Positions 18,581 to 27,215 of a DNA stretch of 32,000 nucleotides are shown here, in pieces. Within the stretch, counting starts at the first letter, position 1, and every line of letters starts with the position of its first letter. The stretch is from Candidatus Heimdallarchaeota archaeon (lineage in GTDB: Archaea; Asgardarchaeota; Heimdallarchaeia; Heimdallarchaeales; Kariarchaeaceae), in assembly GCA_030149205.1 (NCBI GenBank), contig JASBSB010000001.1, positions 60,001-92,000 on the forward strand. Reading direction: 5' to 3'. Under the pieces are notes generated by a model. It worked only from the letters and a program-made list of their open reading frames with translations. It was not told the DNA's origin and ran no database searches. The translations under genes were made by a program, and so were the position numbers.

Positions 18581-19978
18581 CTAATAGTCAAACAGAATTC
18601 CATTCTTGACTAATACCTCTTTTATTAAATTGAGGTACGTATCTCTTGATTCTACTGATTTTCCTTCAACCCTAAAGCTTAGTTTCTCCTCAGTGGAACT
18701 CCCTCTGACTAAAAACCATCCATCTAAAAATTCAGGTCTAAGTCCATCAATTTCAAGAATAGAGATAGCCTTTTCATTGATTCTTGATTTCAAATCTTTA
18801 ATTATCTTCTGTTGGAGAGGTTTTGAAACTTTAATTCTGTATTCTTTAGAGGCAAAATAAGATGGCAATGAGTTTAACAATTGATTTACATTTACTGATT
18901 CATTTTGAAGGTGTATTAATATTTGAATAAATCTGACAGCTGAGTAGAGTCCATCATCAAAACCCAGATACCTATCATTGAAATAATAGTGTGAAGAAAG
19001 CTCCCCTGCTAGACAAGCATTAACTTCATGTAATTTTTTTTGTACCCATGAGTGTCCTACCTTAGATAGTTCGACTTTTCCTCCCAAGGATTGAATATAC
19101 TCCTTTGTTGAAAGACTCACTTTTGTATCAATTAGAATTGGACGTTCCTTCAAATCCGGGTCTTGAGCAAGCATATCCTTTGCAAATAGCTTTATTACAT
19201 GATCTGGAGCGACTATTCCGTACCCATTGACACAAAAACCAACCCTGTCACCGTCTCCATCGAATACAATTCCCAAACTCATTTCTGACCCATTATTGAC
19301 TGAATTGAGTAGATTCACAAAACTTTCTGGTTTAGTTGGGTCTGGAACCAAGTTTGGAAATGTACCATCAGGTTCACTGTTATAGGTCTGAAGGAACCAA
19401 CTCTTTGGAATTACAGTTTGAAATTTGCTGGTAGATCCGTTTCCAAACTCTACGAACACCTTTAAACTCCCAAGAGCTTGGACTTTTTCGAGTTCTTTAC
19501 TAAGAAATTCATAGTAAGAATCATTGTAGTTTGAACCCTCAATAACACTCCCAGCTCCATCAGAAAATTCCTCTGCTATCATGCTCTCTTTGAGAAAATT
19601 ATAACATGACTCAAATTCATAAGCAATACCATTGTTATCACAGACTTTGAATCCATTAAACTGAGGAGGATTATGAGAAGCAGTGATAATTAATCCACCA
19701 ACAAAAGTTTCAGGGTTGTTAGCACAAGTATAGTAAATAAGAGGTGTTGGGGATAGCCCAACGTTAACTACATTCATTCCTCCTTCAACGATCCCATTGG
19801 TCACTTCTTTTTGTAATCTTTTTGAGCTTGGTCGAGAATCATAGCCCAATGCAATTGTACCAGAATTATTAAAAAAATCTGCTAATGCTCTACCTAGATT
19901 ATATGCAAACTCAGAGGTAATCTGTTGATCTATTATTCCTCTAATATCATTCTGGAGAAAAATATCTGGAACCTTCAC
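18581..19978 (-). CDS. Phosphomannomutase/phosphoglucomutase
   Basis: NDIRG, ITASHNPPQFNGFK, FDGDGDR, GELSSHYYF and SSTEEKL. Confidence 0.92.
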   Translation of the reverse strand: MKVPDIFLQNDIRGIIDQQITSEFAYNLGRALADFFNNSGTIALGYDSRPSSKRLQKEVTNGIVEGGMNVVNVGLSPTPLIYYTCANNPETFVGGLIITASHNPPQFNGFKVCDNNGIAYEFESCYNFLKESMIAEEFSDGAGSVIEGSNYNDSYYEFLSKELEKVQALGSLKVFVEFGNGSTSKFQTVIPKSWFLQTYNSEPDGTFPNLVPDPTKPESFVNLLNSVNNGSEMSLGIVFDGDGDRVGFCVNGYGIVAPDHVIKLFAKDMLAQDPDLKERPILIDTKVSLSTKEYIQSLGGKVELSKVGHSWVQKKLHEVNACLAGELSSHYYFNDRYLGFDDGLYSAVRFIQILIHLQNESVNVNQLLNSLPSYFASKEYRIKVSKPLQQKIIKDLKSRINEKAISILEIDGLRPEFLDGWFLVRGSSTEEKLSFRVEGKSVESRDTYLNLIKEVLVKNGILFDY

Positions 19979-20030
19979 GATTATAATTCAACCCTATCTA
20001 CATTTAAACTAAAAGATGGATATGATGTAT

Positions 20031-21425
20031 TTATTCTGTAATCTCTCTTATTTTTTCACTTACAAATTTTAATGCCAGTGTTGTTATCTCATCTGTTTTA
20101 TCTTCCCTAAAAGATTCCACAAAAATTCTGAAACTTTCTTCCGTCCCTGATTGTCGAAATAAGACCCATGAATCATCCATAAAATCTATACGTATACCGT
20201 CCAATTCATTAATATCAATCTCATCGATTTTTACATTTAGTGATGCTAAAAATTTTGGCAAATCAGATTTAATCTTTGCCATTAATTTCTCCTTTGCTGA
20301 CCTTAAAGAATATAGTTTATTTTTGGATTGATAAATCCGTGGGAAGATTGATATTAGCTCAGATAACGATTTTTTATGGGTCTGAAGAATTTTAAAGAGG
20401 TACAAAGTTGATACTGCTGCATCTGGCCAAAGATTTAATTTATTGAAAAAATATTTTCCTGTTTCTTCATAACCAAATTCCGCATCTAGCTCAATCATTT
20501 TTTGAATGATTTTAGGTGCACCTACCTTTGAGTAGGTTAATTCAGCGCTATTTTCCTTGGCTACCTTTTTGATTAAGATAGAGGAGTTAATTGGTACAAC
20601 CAATTTTTGTGCTTTTTCAAATTGCAAGAAGTATTGAGCGAATAATGCACCTATCACATCTCCAGAAATCACACCGTTTTCAGGAGTACAATATATTACT
20701 CTATCTCCATCATAATCAGTCGCGATTGCAATATCCGCTTGAGTTTCTTTTAGTTTCTCAATTGTTTTACCCAAGGTTGATGGTCTTGGTTCTGAATTTC
20801 TACCACTTATCAACGGGTCATCATTGAAATTGATTACATCTGTTTGGCTGGCAATTGAACTAACCAAATTGTACAAAGGCAATCTCATCGGTCCATGAAC
20901 CGCATCAACTAAAACATGAATTTTTAAGTTGGAGATCCCAAGATTGTTCTGTATTGTAACCAATCTTTTGAAGTATTCTTGAGCTATCTCCTTTTGAAAG
21001 GACATCACTCCAGTTTTTATGAATAATTCATGTTGTTCAATTCTCGGTAAGTCCAGGTACCCCCTAAAATAAGACCCATCAGAAAACACTAAAATTATAC
21101 CATTATCTGTAGCAGGTAAATGACTCCCAGTGACAATTATCCCTGCTGTGAAACTCTTGAGGGTTGTGTAATAAATAACTCCTGGAGTGGGGATAGGATC
21201 AATAATATATTCTACATGGACACCTTCCTCTAACAAAGATGAACAAAGAGCAAGGGCGATCTGGTCAGAACTTAACCTTGAATCATGTCCTACCACAACA
21301 TTTGGACACTCAGATTTAGAATATAGATATCCTGAAATTGCTTTACCTAGTTGAACGGAAAACTCTACAGAAAGCTCTTTTGGTGCTTTTCCTCGTATGC
21401 CAGTAGTTGAAAAATAAAATTTCAC
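20031..21425 (-). CDS. Alpha-D-phosphohexomutase family protein (GlmM/PMM-like paralog)
   Basis: STTGIRG, VTGSHLP..NGI, DYDGDR, YEETGKYFF and RQSGTE. Confidence 0.88.
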   Translation of the reverse strand: MKFYFSTTGIRGKAPKELSVEFSVQLGKAISGYLYSKSECPNVVVGHDSRLSSDQIALALCSSLLEEGVHVEYIIDPIPTPGVIYYTTLKSFTAGIIVTGSHLPATDNGIILVFSDGSYFRGYLDLPRIEQHELFIKTGVMSFQKEIAQEYFKRLVTIQNNLGISNLKIHVLVDAVHGPMRLPLYNLVSSIASQTDVINFNDDPLISGRNSEPRPSTLGKTIEKLKETQADIAIATDYDGDRVIYCTPENGVISGDVIGALFAQYFLQFEKAQKLVVPINSSILIKKVAKENSAELTYSKVGAPKIIQKMIELDAEFGYEETGKYFFNKLNLWPDAAVSTLYLFKILQTHKKSLSELISIFPRIYQSKNKLYSLRSAKEKLMAKIKSDLPKFLASLNVKIDEIDINELDGIRIDFMDDSWVLFRQSGTEESFRIFVESFREDKTDEITTLALKFVSEKIREITE

Positions 21426-21501
21426 TCTATTTCAATTAAACAACAATCTATTATTAATAATCTTTGTGAACTGATGTCTAGATAAATACTTATTCTTAGG
21501 T

Positions 21502-22083
21502 TTAGATAAGCCCTTTCTCACTGTATTGCTTGGTTCGGGCTAAGGATGAATCCAACTCATCAAATAATTTTTCTACCTGTGGAATACTTTCAGCAACGTA
21601 GTCTTGCAATCTTGAAAAGTTTATCATATAATCTTCAAGTGAATCATATACATCTTTTGCACCTTCACTATTCAGTTCATCAGAAACAATAACGTCCTTT
21701 TTAAGAGAATCCAAATCTTTCCTTAATTCCACTTGTTGGTTCTCTTGCGCTCGAAGAATATCCAAAATCTTCACGTGTGCTCTATCATTAATTTCCCATC
21801 CGTCCATCTGTGAGATAATGTCATCAATTTTTGCTTGTAACTCTTGTACGTTATAGAGTTTATCCTCAAGTTCTTCAAAATCATGTTCTAATTTTGGTTG
21901 AATTGCTGTTTTAGAGGATGGGTCTTTAGTTAATGAAGTCAGGTGGGTGTACAGGTTTCTTTTTGTAATTAAAGCAAGTTCACCGATCTCTCTGGAGTAT
22001 TCAAGTTGAACCTCTTTCAAGAGCTGTTTGACATTCACTAAATCATTAAACAAGGAATCAGATTTACGAATCTTTTCAGTCAT
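21502..22083 (-). CDS. Hypothetical all-helical/coiled-coil protein (193 aa)
   Basis: ATG start, heptad-like L/I periodicity, rich in E/K/D/Q, only 3 Pro. Confidence 0.75.
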   Translation of the reverse strand: MTEKIRKSDSLFNDLVNVKQLLKEVQLEYSREIGELALITKRNLYTHLTSLTKDPSSKTAIQPKLEHDFEELEDKLYNVQELQAKIDDIISQMDGWEINDRAHVKILDILRAQENQQVELRKDLDSLKKDVIVSDELNSEGAKDVYDSLEDYMINFSRLQDYVAESIPQVEKLFDELDSSLARTKQYSEKGLI

Positions 22084-22447
22084 ATATTTCTACCCCAAAT
22101 AAAAATTAATGTGTTTACACATTATTTGGTCAGATACCCGTTAATGAGACCAGAGAAAGATATTTTATGAACAGATGCTACTTGTTGAAACAACATGAGA
22201 AAAACAGTTACCTCTTTCTTTGTATACGGGTACATAGTTACAATATTATCCTCCAACTTATATAAATCTCTTGACTCAAAATAAATCAAATGGAAATTTT
22301 GGAATTTAAAATTCCTTAATAATCAGCTCGTTATATTAATTCCTTTCCCTAATATATCGCTGAATATTACACCCTATTTTAACGTAATTGGGGAAAATTC
22401 TATTTAGGAAAAACGAATAAGCTTTAAGGGTGGAGAATGAACTTTGA

Positions 22448-24079
22448 TTGACTATGGAATCTTCAACCGATATGTTTAATCCTGTCTTGTATCGAGAAGA
22501 GATTCAATCTTTGGAGTACTTGACTTACTCTACTGGAGTTTCTCCACAACAGCTTATGGAAAATGCAGGCACTGCATTTGTTAATGAAATTACACCAGAA
22601 TTGAATCCGAAATCAAGGATCACAATCATTGTTTCGAAGGGGAACAATGGAGGTGATGGACTGGTAGCCTACACAAAGTTAAAGGCTAATTACGATATTA
22701 CTTTAGTTTTTTTGGGTAAACCTGAAATGAAATCCAATGAGGCAAAGTACTTTTTCTCATCTTTAATCAAGAATACAACCTCAACAGATAAGTTATATAC
22801 ATTGGGCTCACTTGAATCTGTTGATAAATTCAAACCTATTGAATTATCTGAATTTGAGGAGATAATACGGAATTCTGACATTGTGATTGATGCAATTTTT
22901 GGAATTAACCTAAAATCTGAGATCAGGAAACCTTTATTCAATTATTTTAAGTTATTGAAATCAGTTTTAACAGAAGAGAGCAGTATAAAATTGTTCTGCT
23001 TGGACGTTCCTTCTGGACTTGATGTAAACACTGGTATTTGGCATGGCCCGGAAATCTCCCCAGATTTGATTGTAACCTTTCAGTTCATGAAACGAGGACT
23101 TGTAAAGTTTCAAGACCAAACCAAGGTTGTGAAAATTGGTGTTTTAGATGAAACACTTCACCTCTCCTCAAAATACCTGTTTTATTCATCTTGGTATCAT
23201 AGGGGTCTTGAGAGTCACAAAGGGAATAATGGAAGAATATTAATAATTGGGGGATCAGAAGAATTCACAGGAGCACCAGTATTAAGCTCTAGATCAGCCC
23301 TACGTGCTGGTGTCGACACTGCTAGAATTGTTATTCCTCAAAGCATACGACAGATAGTGTCTTCCTTTTCAGAGGATTTTTTGGTTTTTCAGGTCAGAGG
23401 AAACCATCACGGTCCGAAAAACAAAAAATTGCTTCGAGACCTTGCTATTCGAAGGCACGATGTTGTTGCAGTGGGGATGGGTCTATCCAACAATGAGGAT
23501 GGGTATAAGTTTGTGAGAGCTTTCGTTCCAGAAGTCTCAAAAAAGATGAAAGTTTTATTGGATGCTGATGCTGTAAGGGCATTTAGAGACAATTTAAAGC
23601 TCTTAAAAGACACAGGTGCAGTTATCACCCCTCATAAATCTGAGTTACGGTATCTGTTAAATGAACCGATACCTGATGATTTTGAAGAATTAAAGACCTT
23701 TTTGCTGAATAAAGCCAAAGAATTAGGTATTATTATTGTCCTGAAGGGAAGAGTAGACCTGATAACAGACGGAACACAGATCTATGAAAATCATACTGGT
23801 CATCCAGGAATGACTGTCGGTGGAACTGGTGATGTTCTCGCAGGATTGATAGCAGCTTGTATGGCATTCATTAAAGAGAGGTTACTCGCTGCGGTTATCG
23901 GAACATATATTATGGGATTAGCTGGTGAGAAGGCTGCAGAGATTTACGGTAATGGATTACTTGCCACAGATGTTGTTGAGAGAATTGCTGTAATAATTTT
24001 ATCATTAGAGAAACAGAGAGATGGTTTTATAGGAGAACTTAATTCTGGTCACTTTAACCAGCATTCCTCAACCTCCTAA
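22448..24079 (+). CDS. nnr: Bifunctional NAD(P)H-hydrate epimerase/dehydratase Nnr
   Basis: YjeF_N motifs LMENAG, GNNGGDG, IDAIFG and DVPSG. Dehydratase motifs HKGNNG, IGGS..FTGAP, DADA, TPH and GGTGDVLAG. Start may be ATG at 22454. Confidence 0.93.
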   Translation: MTMESSTDMFNPVLYREEIQSLEYLTYSTGVSPQQLMENAGTAFVNEITPELNPKSRITIIVSKGNNGGDGLVAYTKLKANYDITLVFLGKPEMKSNEAKYFFSSLIKNTTSTDKLYTLGSLESVDKFKPIELSEFEEIIRNSDIVIDAIFGINLKSEIRKPLFNYFKLLKSVLTEESSIKLFCLDVPSGLDVNTGIWHGPEISPDLIVTFQFMKRGLVKFQDQTKVVKIGVLDETLHLSSKYLFYSSWYHRGLESHKGNNGRILIIGGSEEFTGAPVLSSRSALRAGVDTARIVIPQSIRQIVSSFSEDFLVFQVRGNHHGPKNKKLLRDLAIRRHDVVAVGMGLSNNEDGYKFVRAFVPEVSKKMKVLLDADAVRAFRDNLKLLKDTGAVITPHKSELRYLLNEPIPDDFEELKTFLLNKAKELGIIIVLKGRVDLITDGTQIYENHTGHPGMTVGGTGDVLAGLIAACMAFIKERLLAAVIGTYIMGLAGEKAAEIYGNGLLATDVVERIAVIILSLEKQRDGFIGELNSGHFNQHSSTS

Positions 24080-24125
24080 TGTGCTAATAAACAAGTATTG
24101 ATATTCTCTAGGAAGACAGGAAGTT

Positions 24126-24950
24126 ATGGTTTCTTTCTTAGACTCCGTAATCACCATCCTGATATCTTTGTTGCCAATGATAGGCTTTTTTGCATTGCTC
24201 TTTTTCAACTGGTATTACGGTAAAAAATTAGGAACAAAGAATAGCGATCAAATTGATGAGATGGTTGAAACTGCTTTAGAAGAACACACCAACAAAATCA
24301 CTGTTGTTCCTTTAAAAAATGAGGTTCGAGAATATAGATGTTCACCAAAGGACAAGCGTGTTGGTGTGATGACTGTGAACTATACAACGATTAGTAGGTC
24401 GATGGCAACCAATGTTCTTATTAACAAAGTGATCAAAGGTTCTGAAAAGCTATTTATTGGAGTTAAATTTAGAGATAACGATAAAATTGACGTGGATCCA
24501 GCCTATAAGTTCTATGTTGTCCCATATCGTAACAAAAGCTTAATCAATAAAAATTTCGAAAAATATGTAGCTCTGGATGACATTCCTTCAACATCCCCGA
24601 AGGCGGATTCTCTCTTTATGTTAAAATCTCAATCATCAGTTGAAGTCAATCATTTTCTTGGAGATGAGACTTTCGTTAACACACTAATTAAAATGGAACC
24701 ATATCTGGAGGTTCTAATGCTTCAACCAGCAAGAGAGGATACAGAACCCCATATGCAGATGAGCTTTAAATTCAAGGAGGCTGATAGACCAAAGGTTAAA
24801 TCCTTTGTAAGTTTCTTTTTCTTGACAATGTCTTTACATCTCCAGAACAATGATAAGGTGAAAAAAATGGTTTCAAGTCAGAAATATAAGAGCATGGCTA
24901 GTACGAAGAGAAAAACCAAATCAGCAAAGAAAAAGAAAAAGCTATCATAG
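24126..24950 (+). CDS. Single-pass membrane protein resembling PAT complex subunit CCDC47 (DUF1682)
   Basis: N-terminal TM followed by NWYYGKK, then RSMATNVLINKVIKGSEKLFIGV, YKFYV, DSLFMLKS..VEV and a Lys-rich tail. These are collinear with remembered human CCDC47 motifs. Confidence 0.65.
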   Translation: MVSFLDSVITILISLLPMIGFFALLFFNWYYGKKLGTKNSDQIDEMVETALEEHTNKITVVPLKNEVREYRCSPKDKRVGVMTVNYTTISRSMATNVLINKVIKGSEKLFIGVKFRDNDKIDVDPAYKFYVVPYRNKSLINKNFEKYVALDDIPSTSPKADSLFMLKSQSSVEVNHFLGDETFVNTLIKMEPYLEVLMLQPAREDTEPHMQMSFKFKEADRPKVKSFVSFFFLTMSLHLQNNDKVKKMVSSQKYKSMASTKRKTKSAKKKKKLS

Positions 24951-25013
24951 AAAATTGCTTATTGTTAAGATTTTATAAGGAAATTTATTAAATTAAGGTT
25001 CATAGAAAAAAAT

Positions 25014-25694
25014 GTGAGTCAAACCTTTTCTATTGATGCTATCATTCCAAAATTGGATGGGAGAAACTTCATCTTATATGGACATGTAGGCTACAGACGA
25101 GAATATCTTACTTTTGATTTCATCCAACAAGGGTTAGAAAAGAACGAAAGCGTGTGTATAATTACACTAACCCGAAGCGCTAATGAATTATTTGAGGATA
25201 TTACTAATTTTTCAGAAAGTGCTGCCATGTCAATGAATGAAGCAATTATGAATGAACAGTTTAATATCATTGACATGTATTCATTTAGAAGTGGGATCCC
25301 CGAAGAAGTTATTCCAGGGGTTAATTTTTTAACTACCGCAGATGATTTAACTGCTCTTTCAATTGCAATTAACCAGGTCATAAAAAAATCTTCAAGTCTA
25401 CGGATAATACTTTGGCCACTAAGCTTACTAGCAATTTATAATGAGACAGCTATGTTAATGAATTTTATTCAAACACTAAACTCTAGAACCAAGAATAAAA
25501 TGCACACGGTCTTGTACCTTCAGGATGATTCTGTCTTAGACAGTCTGAAGTCTACTCAGATAGAATCTCTAATGGATGGCAAGTTGGAGATAAAACAAGA
25601 GGACATTGAAAATCAGTTGGTAGAGAAATTTAGGGTCAAATTTTTCAAGGGGCTAACTGATAGCGATTTGTTTACGTGGAACAACATAAGCTAA
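25014..25694 (+). CDS. Degenerate KaiC/RAD55 (RecA-fold) single-domain protein
   Basis: KaiC-like scaffold (FIQQGLEKNESVCII, IIDMYS, LMDGKLEI, RVKFFKG), but Walker A reads GHVGYRRE and Walker B reads IILWP. Confidence 0.75.
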   Translation: MSQTFSIDAIIPKLDGRNFILYGHVGYRREYLTFDFIQQGLEKNESVCIITLTRSANELFEDITNFSESAAMSMNEAIMNEQFNIIDMYSFRSGIPEEVIPGVNFLTTADDLTALSIAINQVIKKSSSLRIILWPLSLLAIYNETAMLMNFIQTLNSRTKNKMHTVLYLQDDSVLDSLKSTQIESLMDGKLEIKQEDIENQLVEKFRVKFFKGLTDSDLFTWNNIS

Positions 25695-25697
25695 GTT

Positions 25698-26222
25698 TCA
25701 TGAATCAAAATCATTTAGAAGAAATGATCCTCTTCCCCATACGGTAAGCTGAGCTTCTACAAATAGCTGGGTTTCATTAAAAAAATCCTCAAATTTCTGG
25801 TAAATTGCATCTTTGAATTTTGTTATTTCTTCATTTTTGTGAAAGTTTATGATGTCATGAACGAGTGTTTCTCTTAAAATTGGGAGAAGGTCATTTAACC
25901 CCAATATTGCAATCAACCCCCTACTATCTGTGGGTGTTAGTAGTATAGAAAGTAAGTAATCTTTTTCTGCACCCCTAGCGTCTAATTTTGGAATTGAAAA
26001 CGTAACATTATTGCTCATAAAATATTGATTAGCAAAGATAAATGTGTCTTTACTGAATTCAGAATGACTGAGATCCATCAACTCCGGTAATGAGTCTTTT
26101 ATTCGAGGGAGAAAAGGGTTAGATGAAAAGGGATACATTGTAATTACCTCTGGACCTAATACCTCATTAAAATGAGACAAAGCAAAAAACAACTCAACAG
26201 AAAGCATGTCCCTTTTTGTCAC
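25698..26222 (-). CDS. Stand-alone longin/uDENN-like protein (folliculin/SMCR8-like motifs)
   Basis: LSHFNEVLGPEVITMYP and FSIPKLDARGAEKDYLLSILL. Start is GTG at 26222 or ATG at 26207. Confidence 0.6.
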   Translation of the reverse strand: MTKRDMLSVELFFALSHFNEVLGPEVITMYPFSSNPFLPRIKDSLPELMDLSHSEFSKDTFIFANQYFMSNNVTFSIPKLDARGAEKDYLLSILLTPTDSRGLIAILGLNDLLPILRETLVHDIINFHKNEEITKFKDAIYQKFEDFFNETQLFVEAQLTVWGRGSFLLNDFDS

Positions 26223-26290
26223 AAGTATATTTGTTATTCTAAGATTAAAAGTTTAGTGAGGGTTTATTGCGGTAAATCTCAGGTTATTAA

Positions 26291-27127
26291 TTATAACATG
26301 GAAAAGATTTTGGCTATAAAGTCAAATGTTCTTTGATGAAGGTCTTGTACATTGTAAATCTTTGAACTTGTTTCTTCCTTGTCTGGTTCCTCCTCTTCAC
26401 CAGATTCAAAAAGGGCACCCACATAGTCTGCACCTTGTCTTTTTGTAGATACTATTTTTAACAGTTCATAATCCAAGGATTCTTTCTCATTTTCTTCAGC
26501 TAAGAAGGCTACTTCAGCTTTTGTGATATATTTTTTCTCTTTTACCATAAAATAAACCTGTGCAGCAAGTAGAGCTCCTTCTATGGCAAGAAATTCAAGT
26601 TCATGTTCTTGAGATTCTGTATCACCCTCTTCCATAAAATCAAAGTCAGGTGTAGTTAGTGGTTCTGTTATCTTATTGATGATATCTATTAGAACTGAAC
26701 GTGCATCATTTCGTAATTCCTCCTCAGAAATATTTAAGTCAGAATATGGGAAAGTTTTATGAATTAAGCTTTCACCGTCAGACAACGATAAAGCCCTAAG
26801 GGGTGAAAATCCATTCAAGCCTTTCTTGTTTGGGAGGTTCTGTTCAAATAATAGTTTATAATCCAACAGTGTAGTGAATGTCGGATCATCTCTAAAAGCT
26901 TTGACCATAGAGGAAATTTCTTGAATAACTTCACTCGCTTGTTTACTCAAAGTCTCGGGATTTTTGATGACAATTAAGAAGTTAACATCTGAAACTCCAG
27001 GAAAAAGATCAGACTTTACAGCACTTCCATAAACTGACAAATCAAACAGGTCTTCACCTAATTTAGAGGTCAACTCTTTCTTAAATTTTTTCTTTAGCAT
27101 TGAATATTCTATGGGGATAGATGACAT
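26291..27127 (-). CDS. Pol-beta superfamily nucleotidyltransferase domain protein with helical C-terminal domain
   Basis: SVYGSAVKSDLFPGVSDVNFLIV (GS...DxN variant), followed by a helical region with acidic loops. Confidence 0.7.
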   Translation of the reverse strand: MSSIPIEYSMLKKKFKKELTSKLGEDLFDLSVYGSAVKSDLFPGVSDVNFLIVIKNPETLSKQASEVIQEISSMVKAFRDDPTFTTLLDYKLLFEQNLPNKKGLNGFSPLRALSLSDGESLIHKTFPYSDLNISEEELRNDARSVLIDIINKITEPLTTPDFDFMEEGDTESQEHELEFLAIEGALLAAQVYFMVKEKKYITKAEVAFLAEENEKESLDYELLKIVSTKRQGADYVGALFESGEEEEPDKEETSSKIYNVQDLHQRTFDFIAKIFSML

Positions 27128-27215
27128 ACAATAGTTTATCCGAATTTACTAATTAAAAGAGTTCGATAGATAAGGATGAACCTAACTAGATTCTTATCAT
27201 GTTTTTTTGAATAAT

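Noticed and set aside
21502-22083. Direct call as ESCRT-III/Snf7
   Set aside because: Size and helicity fit, but there is no basic N-terminal hairpin signature or MIM-like tail I can recognise. Left as hypothetical.
22122-22235. 37-aa minus-strand ORF (MYPYTKKEV...) in the large intergenic gap
   Set aside because: No SD and no recognisable motif. The length is expected by chance.
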